Shown here one piece after another: positions 1-10,165 of a stretch of 64,000 nt of DNA. The position numbers and the translations under genes are program-made. The DNA lies in the NCBI GenBank assembly GCA_002269645.1, contig NIVC01002320.1, positions 1 to 64,000 on the forward strand. The letters are read 5' to 3'. The notes beneath the pieces are model-generated. The model was not told the origin of the DNA. It did no database searches and saw only the letters and a list, made by a program, of their open reading frames with translations. The stretch comes from Macrostomum lignano (Eukaryota). Each line of letters starts with the position of its first letter. The first letter of the stretch is position 1.

Positions 1-1184
1 TCGCCAGAGGTTTCCTTTGCAGGGCAGCCGGGTTTACCTGACGTCTGCGTCTGCAAAACTTTCTTTAGCTAAAAATATGCCAGAAAAAAGCATAAGATAA
101 AGAAATTGGATAGATGCTTGCATTGTCAAACCTAAAAATTGTATTGAAGTTACGAACTTAAGTAATAAATTCAGGATTAATATTTATCTAATTACTAATT
201 TACATACGAGTACATGCAATGCATCTAGCAGCCGTATAAAATTTTAGAATAAGATTGCTGTAGTTGACCAAAAAAGGAGGCTAAAAAAAGCTTTTAATAC
301 TCGTACTTCATAATTTCGTGGTTTGCATTTACGAGCGTAAAAGACACTCTAGCACTCTGCATAAACAAAATTATTGATAAAAAGGTCGGTACTGCTGCAA
401 CTCCAGGCAGCTTTCTATATCAACAAGAAGAGAAAGTTCGCAACCGAGCCAGCAGTTTTCACTCCAAAGCACAGCTGCTGCTGCTGCTGTTTCAGTTGCC
501 AAAGGAAATCAAAAACTGAAAGCTGCTCTTCTTCATCAGCTGTCATGGCGCAGCTCTTGGTGCTGAGTGCTCTGTGTGCAGCTCTTTGTGCTCTTGGAGG
601 CGGTGAGTTGTCTGTCTACCCTCAATGTCAGATATATTGTAAGCCTTTATCTCTCACGTGAAAGCGCCTGCTCTCTTACAGCGGCGAGCTCCATCAAGTT
701 CAACATCACGACAACAAACGTCGCGGCTTCCTGGCAGTCGTCGGAATTCGGCAACAGGTGCTTCAGAGACACGGCTGTTCTTGAGCAGTGGGATTACTTT
801 CACACGACGGACACCCCAGACTCTCATGGATACCAGTGGCTGCTCATTAAGCTGTTCCGTGCAATCCGTGTGCAATCAGTCACTGTCTATGGCAGGGCAG
901 CAGGTGAGTTGTCTTGTCCACTTCTGTCTCTTCCGCTTCACTTCTTTCTTACTTCTCTTCTCACTGCAGTGCCCAGCAGAGCACAGAACATCGAGATTCT
1001 GCTGAGTGACAGACTGCCATCGGGTCTGAATACGAGCAGCGATAGTTGCTATGGGACTCTGTCCGGTAGCTTGAGCTCGCTCACTCAGTGCGGAGTCACC
1101 AGAGTGAGCAGACTCAGACTCACAAGGTGGCCTGCAGCTACTCTGGCTGCCCGAATGTGGGTTCATATACTCTGTTGTTACTGA

Positions 1185-1284
1185 GTGCAAATAGGTGCAA
1201 ATAGGTGCAAATAGGTGCAAATCGGTGCAAATAGGTGCAAATAGGTGCAAATAGGTGCAAATAGCTGCAAATAAGGTGCAAATT
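1185..1284 (+). repeat. 10-bp tandem repeat (GTGCAAATAG)n at the start of intron 3, copy 1 (~10 units)
   Basis: Directly visible; begins at the exon 3/intron 3 boundary. Confidence 0.95.
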
Positions 1285-2100
1285 GGTGGCTAAAACTCAC
1301 GAAATTTCAGCTGACTGAGTACATCTTGCTAAGGAAGAACGTTCGAAACGAGACTTATAAATACTTAAAGTATATTAACTTTCAAGCTCTGGAAGTCGAA
1401 GAAGGTACGACTTTAGTTAAATAAGCTCAATTATGTCTTCACGGGGCATTTTTGACTCTAAACAAACTTTCTCTCTTTCAGCATCTCAGAATGCGCAGAT
1501 TTATAGGTGTGAAGTGTCTGGCGGACGCCTCAGTAACTGCAGACTCAATGCTTTGCAAACTTTGAAAAATGGCGACAGAGCTTGTATGAAAGTCTGCCCA
1601 CCGTGTCAGCTTCCGACAACTGATGCAGCATCTTGTCACATTGCTGCTCCAAGTGGCAGAATCACACAGCTGAGAGTTGTGAGCTCACGGATGAATTTAT
1701 TTCTTTTTAAATGATTTTCACAGACTATTCGACTAAATAATAGGAATAAGTGGAATGAGCAATTATGAATGGTAAAAAATCGTGTTTTTATACGATTTTA
1801 GCCAGTTCCTTAAATTTCTTTCACCATTTTCAGAATGGGCACCCAGACTTCTTTTTAATTGTAATTTTCATACCGACTGCGGAAAGTCAAGGAGGAAACT
1901 TCACGTGCAACTTTAACTGCTCGAGCGATTTGCCTCAGTCAGCAACTGAACCAATCGGTTTCTTTGGTATGCAGTTTTTGTGTGTAATTTTTACCTCAGA
2001 CAGGTGAATTCAAATTAAACTTATAGATTTGAAAAGCAACCTTGTACTATTCAAACTGTTTTAATCTAGGATATTGGTATTTTGCTAGCAGCCTAGCAGC

Positions 2101-2456
2101 AAGGACTACTCAAGTACATAAATATAGGACGCAACACTCGAAATCTACGGTAAATGTTTTGAAGGCAACTTTTCGCCGAAAAATATACAGAGATAGAAGG
2201 TTTTAATCTTATGAGAAAAACGTTTAAAATAATGACAAGACCAATTTAACATGCATAATAAATAAATGCGTTGTTAGAGCAGCATGTGAGACACAAAATA
2301 GTGTGATTAGGACTTTTTTGACACTGCTAAGAGACCTAAATACTGTTTTAGTGTTGAAAATCGTGAAACTTCCTATCTCCGTAGTGTATTTTTCCGATGA
2401 AACCTGCCTTTAAAACTATTTCTGAACAAAAAACTGCAGTACAAATTTTTTTTGTA
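2101..2456. mobile_element. Copy-1-specific insertion in the 29-bp minisatellite, containing a MITE-like segment
   Basis: Absent at the same position in copies 2-4. About 2156-2200 (gttttgaaggcaacttttcgccgaaaaatatacagagatagaagg) is an imperfect inverted repeat of ~2372-2416. Its 5' part (aaggactactcaagta..gcaacactcgaaatcta) recurs at ~30470 and ~55715. Confidence 0.55.
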
Positions 2457-2665
2457 CTGCAGTACAAATGACACCCTAGCAGCAGGTGCAGTACAAATGA
2501 CAGCCTAGCAGCATGTGCAGTACAAATGACACCCTAGCAGCAGGTGCAGTACAAATGACACCCTAGCAGCAGGTGCAGTACAAATGACACCCTAGCAGCA
2601 GGTGCAGTACAAATGACACCCTAGCAGCAGGTGCAGTACAAATGACACCCTAGCAGCAGGTTCAG
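2457..2665 (+). repeat. 29-bp minisatellite (CCCTAGCAGCAGGTGCAGTACAAATGACA)n, intron 5, copy 1 (~7 units)
   Basis: Period of 29 read directly from the sequence. Confidence 0.95.
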
Positions 2666-4384
2666 TGCCAATGGCTAAGCTAATTTTCTGTTGCAGAAGA
2701 GAAGCCCAGAAGTGTCAGCATTGAGCCCAGCAACAGGGTCCAGATTGGATCAAGGATATTTCTGGCTCCAGGCACGGAGTTTCACTTCAGCTTCATCACA
2801 GAAGCTGCGTACCCAAGTCCCATCCATGCTTGCAGGCTGGTGAGAACTGCTGAGCAGGAAACTAAAGAAGATACTTCAGGTGTTCAACTGCATCCATTCA
2901 CAGAGGTGAGAAAATTCTGTGCAATCTTACTACTTTCATTTCCCATTCTGATATTCTCTCATCAAATGCTTTTTCAGAGATCTGTCACTGACGCATCAGC
3001 CAACAAAAGCCATGCAATTACCAAGATCTCAGAGTACAGACTCAGCATTAGCGCACACATGCAAGCAGCTGGGCAAAAGATACAGTGCGTATCGACTGTC
3101 GGTGAAAGCAGTGGAAAAGTGGGGAAATCAATTTCGCTGCCTGAGCTTGTAGGTAAGCAAACTATAGAAGGCGAACACTGGCAGGTGTGATACCTGGAAT
3201 TTCTCACCTAATTCACCTGTCTAATTAGATGAGGATAAGTTGAATTGAAACGATAAAAATTACAGTACAAAGCAAGCCAGAGTTTCTGCTACCGCCAATC
3301 ACGGATTGGAAAGACGGCCACTCCGTCTCAGTTGCTGTCGACTCAACAACAGACAGCTCTGTTTCAACCAGCCACCGCTGCTTGCTGGAGACTCGAGACG
3401 GCAACAGAAGTCTCAACCTTACTCAAGTGAGTCTCGCTTTGGTTTCGTGTCGTTGTGATGTCGGTTTCCAAAACTTAAGACTGTTGCATAAGATTGAGTG
3501 CAAACGTCAGATGAAATTCCTAAGTATGGATTCCTTTTCTTCCATACATGTCCATACACAGGACTTACTTATTCTAGCACGGTAGACTTCTCAAAACGAA
3601 ATTCCAGGGTAAAAATCAACTCAGCACATTCAAAATCAATGTTGATAGACACTGGGGAAACGCAGCCTCTCTGGTCTGTTTGGTAAATCAATCTGGGCTG
3701 ATCCAGACATGGACTCGACATCGGCTACCGAAGGTGCTCTGTGAGTCTCTGATGCCATGACTTTCTTCACAAGCCCATTACTGCATTTGAAGATTAAATC
3801 ACGATTGCATTTTCGAATTCAGACAAGGCCGAAGGGCTGGCCATCCGTATTTCGTCTGGAGACCTGGTGACTGATGAAGAAGCCAGCTTCTCAGTGACTG
3901 CATCTGACTCAGGATACCCAGCGGCTCTGCACCAGTGCAGAATCGAGAGCAAGAGCCTCGGAGAAGACAAGGTATGAGGCTGATGTTATTGCTCATTCAG
4001 AGTTCCCAACCAGCATTTCAATGCTACAATTTCGGCTGACCATTCCGCAGACTGCAGAGTCAGACGGCTCAAGTCACTGGAGATTCACGCCTCAGCGAGG
4101 GCACAACGGTGAACAAATCAGATGCGATGTGGTGCAGAAACTGAGTGGCTCTTTGATATTCAGTCAGACTGTAAACAACTCTAATCTGGAGGTTAAATGT
4201 GAGGCTCATGCTTTATTATGCTGCATGCTGTCATCCCAATCGATGCAGTAGGGCTGCTTGCACTTCAGACAGGGCAATCGTCACGTGGCCCAGCAAAATC
4301 GCTCCGAAAAAGGAAGGCGAGGCTCTGTCATTCGTTGTGCTCGCAGACGGCAACCCAGAGCCCAGCAGTCAGTGCTGGCTGCAG

Positions 4385-4975
4385 CTGGTATCTGGCGCAC
4401 AGGTGAGTCTTTGATTTGGGATGATGCTGGTATCTGGCTCACAGGTGAGTCTTTGATTTGGGATGATGCTGGTATCTGGCTCACAGGTGAGTCTTTGATT
4501 TGGGATGATGCTGGTTTCTGGCTCACAGGTGAGTCTTTGATTTGGGATGATGCTGGTATCTGGCGCACAGGTGAGTCTTTGATTTGGGATGATGCTGGTT
4601 TCTGGCTCACAGGTGAGTCTTTGATTTGGGATGATGCTGGTTTCTGGCTCACAGGTGAGTGTTTGATTCAGGATTGATGCAGGTTTCTGGCGCACAGGTG
4701 AGTCTTTGATTTGGGACTGATGCTGGTTTCTGGCTCACAGGTGAGTCTTTGATTTGGGATGATGCTGGTATCTGGCGCACAGGTGAGTCTTTGATTTGGG
4801 ATGATGCTGCTTTCTGGCGCACAGGTGAGTCTTTGATTTGGGATGATGCTGGTTTCTGGCTCACAGGTGAGTCTTTGATTTGGGATGATGCTGGTTTCTG
4901 CCTCACAGGTGAGTCTTTGATTTGGGAGTGATGCTGGTTTCTGGCTCACAGGTGAGTCTTTGATTTGGGATGATG
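4385..4975 (+). repeat. 42/43-bp minisatellite containing CAG|GTGAGT, intron 12, copy 1 (~14 units)
   Basis: Unit CTGGTTTCTGGCTCACAGGTGAGTCTTTGATTTGGGATGATG; the first unit overlaps the 3' end of exon 12. Confidence 0.95.
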
Positions 4976-7900
4976 TTGCAGTCTCGGTGTTTCATAATAA
5001 TCGCTATTTTCGTTCCAGGTAGACCTGCATAAGCTGAAGCATTCCATGTTTGAGAGCACCTTCAACGTCACTGTTGATAGGTCAATGAACCGAGCCAATT
5101 TGAGCTGTGTTTTGACTCAACCTGGACTTCCATCTTCAACAGAGCAGAGGTTCACCCAATTGATCACAGTTTTTTGTAAGTTTACAGTATCCATTTTCAT
5201 AGGGTTCATAAAGAGGTATACAATTTGTAAATGCGTGCGTATTTTTTGAGCCAATGGAAACATTTCCTGTCGCTTCGGAGGCTCTGAGTTGAAGCACTTC
5301 TTAAATCGAAGACTGAAAAATAATATCGACCCAATCATCCTACAGATCAGCCTCAGCCTCCACTCACCATCGACTTGGCTCAGACTGTCTACGAAGGCAC
5401 CGACGTCACCTTCACGGTGCGGTCGGGCGCTGGAAACCCCAATGTCACCCACAGATGCCACGTGTACAACGGAGAAATTGTGAGCGCAATATTTGCTCAT
5501 CCATTCAACTGACGTGCAGCTTTGATTTAGCATAGAGTTGATCATTTCAGGAAGTTCAAAACAGCATGAAAATCGAATCGGAGTACTTGACAATGGTGAA
5601 CTATGCACCCAACAGTCATGACACATTTGTGAGCTGCACGGCCGAGCAGATGCACCGCTCTGATGTTGTGTTCACCAGCAGCATCAGAAGGAACATCACC
5701 GTAAATTGTGAGAAGTCAAATGCCATTTTATTAGCATGCAGCCTGCCATTTACTTGAAAACCGGAGTATCCACTTTAACTTCAGACTTTGCGCGCAACTC
5801 CATGGACATCAGTCCGACAGACGGAGTTCTTGCTGGAGATCGAGTCGAAGGGACACTCAGATCTCATGGTGGCCGGCCTGCCGTCACGCGTCCTGAGTGT
5901 TCGCTTGGAGGCTCTGAGCTGACTATGGAAAACGTATGCTTTTTCATCACCTGAGTGCTTTTGAATTGAATGTAAACCTTCTTCAGGCAACCTAAATGAT
6001 CAATTTGGGAATTTTCCTACAGTTAACAAGGCGTCCCACCGAAGTGAAGTTCACGTTCCGTGCATCGAAAGAGCACCACGGCAAGGTGCTCGCCTGCAAA
6101 TTCGTACAGGATGAGCGACTGATTGAGTGGAGGAGAGACAAACTCAGCGTCTTCTGTAAGTACAGTTTGAGTTGTTTATTGGTGTGAAAGTATGGGGGTA
6201 TCTTCTACATTGAAAAGTAACTCGTTAAGCCACACTGATGTAAATGTGCACTGCTTTTTCGCACCTGTAGACAAAGCGGATTTCGACTCTGAGGTAAGAA
6301 TCATAAATAGAAAAGTCAGGTGGAACACGACAGTCCAGTTCAGCATCTCCTACTCTGATGTGGGAAACCCGTCCGCCAAGCACTTCTGCCGCATCGGCTC
6401 TCGGCCACTCACCGATGCTGAGGTGCGAAAATACTGACCAACATTTTTGTGCCCGCTTTATGTAAGTAACAAGGTAATTAGAGGTTGTAATGGAAAACAT
6501 CTGGTCAAAATACATTTCAGTCGGTTTCGGCATCACAAAGATTGTTGCGTTGGAAGTTCAAGGCTCAAGTCGGAGACAACGGTCAGAAGATCGTCTGCCA
6601 GGTGGTGCAAAATGATCGACATGGCGGCCTCGTCTTTAACCAAACAGTTGCCAGCCAGACTCTGGATGTGCTCTGTAAAGATTTTGTTTATCAGTTGTAT
6701 TTATTGCTTCAATAGAGCTATTTATATTTATTCCAATATATTGAACCACTTTGACTGTCACAACATTGTTTTCTTAATCTCTATCTTTTCAGACCCAGTC
6801 AGCTACTCAGGATTTCTATCCCAGCCACCGTCGGTGACGGAGGGCGATCCCTTGGTTATTTCTTTCTTTTCAACAGGAGGAAACCCCGAGCCTCGTCACC
6901 GATGCTGGTTGCAGACACCTGCAGGTCGGATGGACGCAGTCGCTCTAACAGAGGCGAGGACAGGTGTGGACCTCGTGACGAGCTTCAGTGTGACTTCCGT
7001 AAAGCAGATGAATGGAGGATCTGTGGTTTGCCGCGTCTCTCAGATGGGCCTCGAGGACCTGGACAAGGATTTCTCCCAGAACATTACTGTTTTCTGTGAG
7101 TTCTCTGTCGCGACTGCTCCAACTTTTATATCAATATAAAATCTAATAGAGGCTTGCAGTGCGTTCGTTTTTCCGTTTGCAGTCCGATCGGAGGTGGATC
7201 TGACCGGCTCAAGGATTTCAGGATCCATTGTGCTCATCAGCATCAATGTGACGGACGGAAACCCGACACCGCTGGTGAACTGCTCGCTGCTCTCGAGCTC
7301 TGGAACTCGACATGTGGGTTCTCAGTGTGCACAGTTGCTCCGCTTCTATTTGCATTGAGTAGCTTTAATGCAGCCGAACCCGTCATTTTAGGAGGTGTCC
7401 AGGAATTACTCGACAATGCTGAAAGTCGGACTGCATGAGATAGAAGTCGATCTGCTTTCAAGAGACCAGCCTCAGTCAGCCAACGTCACGTGTTCTGTGA
7501 AGCAATACTATGCGGGTTTCAAAAGCAGCAGCCTTGTCTTCTTGGCACTCAAAGCTGACGAGAGTTTCCAAGCTAGCGACCAAGAAAGTGAGCAGTTCTG
7601 TTTAGTCCAGCTTAGCTGCATTAATAAACTATTGTCTTTTAAGTTAATCGTATTGTAATGTCTTATCATATTGCTACCATTGTATTATCGCTACAAAAAC
7701 TGATCAATGCAGACCATGGGAGCCTCAGCTGGAATCAAATGTTCCAAATTCTCTGTCTGTGCGCAGTGGTTGGTGTCGCCATCGTTCTGTCCATCTCGCT
7801 GCCTGCCACAGTCTACGTCTGGAGGCGAACTGCATCGCCTCGGTTGGGAATTCAGCGGCAGCACGGAGCAGCCACAGACAGGAGACCAGCTGACGTACCT

Positions 7901-8377
7901 CTGGTCCCTGTGACTGCTGCTGAGCGAGATCTCAATGTAATATTGCTTTTCAGAATTGCTTGCTCATTTTGCTGTTTAATCTGTGTGTGAGGCTGACAAT
8001 CTGTGGGACACTTCAGACCGTCTACTACTATGAGGAGAACCCGGCGCTTCCGGATCGGCCTCCAAGCGTTGAGGAGACGGACTCAAATGTAAGTCTATTG
8101 TCTGCATCTTTGCCAGATGCTCTCAGTGCATGCTCAGTGCAGGATTCAGTTCCGCTCATTGCAGATGGTGCACTGTTCTGAGGAGGAGCAGACGGCTCAG
8201 GGAGCTGTCGAATTCTACGTGCAGTGAAAGTGATTTGCAAGTTGGAGTTTCACTGCTCAGACTCTGTTTTGGAGAAAACGAAACTGCATATATGAGAGTA
8301 TTGGCTGACTGAGCTTGCCTATATAGGCTCTGTTGCGCCGTTTGAAAGTACAACTGAGTGGCACAAAGATTTGGTAG

Positions 8378-8383
8378 AATAAA
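8378..8383 (+). terminator. Candidate polyadenylation signal of copy 1
   Basis: AATAAA 150 nt after the stop; conserved in copy 3 (39312-39317). Confidence 0.45.
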
Positions 8384-9867
8384 CAAAGTCTCGGTTTCGA
8401 TATATTATTTTTAAACGATGCTATCAAAAACGATGCACAATAATGGTTATTAATCTAGAATTGGAGTGGCGTTGGGCACGGGGCACAAAATGGGGTGGTG
8501 GGCTCACAAGGATGTACAATCAATAATTCAATAGTTAATTAGTTCACGCACGCATTGGCGGTTAGCGTAAAATTTTAAAACAAGCCACAGGTACAGCGAC
8601 AGACCCAGCGTTGCCTCAGACTCAGTGCATGCTTTCAAGGTTCCTGTGTATAAGACTGGCAATGCTTTCCAGACACTAAGTAGCGATAGCAAAGTATTTT
8701 GATTTTGCTTTTGGTCTTGCCGAATAACATTCTTTTAACAATAACTCGATTAACTTGAGAATCACAGATGCCTCTGCTACAAATTAGCTATTAGAGCAGT
8801 CAAAATGCTAACAAGTACACGAGACTGATTTGCATAATTTTTGTTTTTCAAGAAACGGCCATCAAGCTGCGATCCTCCAGTCTTTCTCGTCTGGTAGTCG
8901 GGATTGAAGCTTTTTTGGCCTGACTCAATGAGACAATGCCTGACAGAGCATTGAGAATAAAATCAATTTTGGAAGGCTTGCAGAAGGGTTTAAATCACTT
9001 TATAAGCCTTGGGTTTCTTTTTGTAGCCATTGGTGTTTGATGAGTGTCATTGAAATAACCTTTTCTACAGATCTAGTGCATATATTTGACATTTTAATCC
9101 GGTTTGAAGACTCTCTAACTCACAGTATCAGTTTACTACTTAAAATGCTGTCTTCTTTGCATGATATTTTTTGTAACAGGGTCTATGAAAGTTCAGCATG
9201 TGATCTACTGACCCATTACTTTATTAGTCACTCAGGAGCTGCACTTCAGTGTGTATCTCTTGCAAAGTGGAACTTGTGTTTGGCATCGGAATAAACAGAT
9301 GCACCACCTCATCTCCTCTGCTTTAGCCGCTCGAAAACAATGTTTTATCAAGATTACACACTTTGGCACCTACACATTGGCATTGAAGCGTGCAGTAGCG
9401 TGCAGTAGAAGTGTGCCGTCAGCCTAGTGCACTTGTCTGTGCTTAGAGTGACTGATTTTCTCTTGTTGGTTCGACGACTTGAATAGTTTATAATTCCATT
9501 TTGCAGGCTTCTCCGTTATGCCGTAAAGACGGTCTCTGATGAGAATGTCACCGAAGGTGTACTCGACCCGGAGGGTTGTGGTTCGGGCTGGGACTTCTGG
9601 CCGGATATCTTGTATTCCGTATTTCAGGAAGAGTACCGCACTCTGTGCTGCTTTGAGCTGCCATTGCGCCAGGTGAACCTACTCCAAAGACTACTCAAGT
9701 AGGACGGGAAACCTCGTTTCTTGGAAAATTTGAGGAGCCAGGTTTTCCCGAAAAAATACACTACGGAGATGGGAGGCGGAGATGGGAAGATCCTATCTTT
9801 AGATAGGAGGCAGACCCAATGTTCATTTTTTTATGTTTTGCCTTTCTTATAGGTCTATTGATTTTCA

Positions 9868-10165
9868 TAAAGCTTTTCGTTCAGAAAATTAGGATTCTAT
9901 GTTAATCTTTTATTCTGCGTACATTCCCTGTACCTAAAAATCATAAAAATGCATGGCACAGCTCCACTCATTGGTTCTATGAATCTGTTTTATCATCTCT
10001 GTTACACGCATTGTAACACGGTCAGCTAAGTGTTACAAAATAGATTCAAAAACCAATGAACCGAACCGCGCCATTCAAATGGTTTTCAGGCACAGGACAT
10101 GTGCAATTGTACGTAGAATAAGAAATTATAAACATAGAATCCTAATTCTCTAAATGAAAAGCTTA
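9868..10165. mobile_element. MITE-like element with ~55-bp imperfect terminal inverted repeats (second copy ~40759-41056)
   Basis: taaagcttttcgttcagaaaattaggattctatgttaatcttttattctgcgtac is reverse-complementary to gtacgtagaataagaaattataaacatagaatcctaattctctaaatgaaaagctta; no coding capacity. Confidence 0.55.

Larger units (their letters stand above)
545..8227 (+). pseudogene. F-type-lectin/10xIg transmembrane receptor, copy 1 (1-nt frameshift in exon 3; pseudogene or sequencing error)
   Basis: Manual GT-AG exon chain: 545-602, 682-903, 970-1184, 1482-1678, 1834-1966, 2697-2905, 2978-3152, 3266-3426, 3608-3740, 3823-3971, 4051-4198, 4269-4402, 5019-5175, 5346-5479, 5551-5707, 5785-5933, 6023-6155, 6271-6422, 6521-6674, 6793-7095, 7183-7313, 7392-7587, 7713-7936, 8017-8088, 8165-8227. 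Signal peptide MAQLLVLSALCAALCALGG; FTP-like FHT..QWLLIKL..VTVYGR..SRAQNIEI; Ig F-strand motifs such as HNGEQIRCDV and DNGQKIVCQV; TM MFQILCLCAVVGVAIVLSISLPATVYVWRR; ends GAVEFYVQ*. Exon 3 is 215 nt versus 216 in the other copies (CACC vs CACCC at ~1099-1100). All other junctions are phase-consistent. Confidence 0.75.

Noticed and set aside
425-544. Defined promoter or trans-splice site upstream of each ATG (TTTCGCAA, (CTG)n-TTTCAG)
   Set aside because: Conserved in all copies, but motifs this short cannot be assigned without 5' end data.
4258-4949. ORFs such as (AGIWRTGESLIWDD)n, (SQKPASSQIKDSPV)n and (LHLFAPICTY)n at 43587-44274
   Set aside because: Artefacts of stop-free frames in intronic tandem repeats; unit lengths vary between 42, 43 and 50 bp and break frame.
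4385-4975. Regularly spaced 42-bp repeats as a CRISPR array
   Set aside because: Units are contiguous with no unique spacers, lie in a spliceosomal intron, and there are no cas genes.
8017-8181. Unspliced tail ending ...VPLIADGALF* as in the ORF track
   Set aside because: GT(A/G)AGT donor and TTGCAG acceptor are conserved, copy 4 has a 7-nt deletion inside this segment, and synonymous changes support the EFYVQ frame.
8017-8227. Canonical ITIM/ITSM/ITAM in the tail
   Set aside because: TVYYYE and EFYVQ do not have the required Yxx[ILV] spacing.
545-8227. Assigning a symbol such as nephrin/SYG-2, Dscam or hemicentin
   Set aside because: No FN3 domain, non-canonical cysteines and an N-terminal lectin-like domain; similarity is at motif level only.
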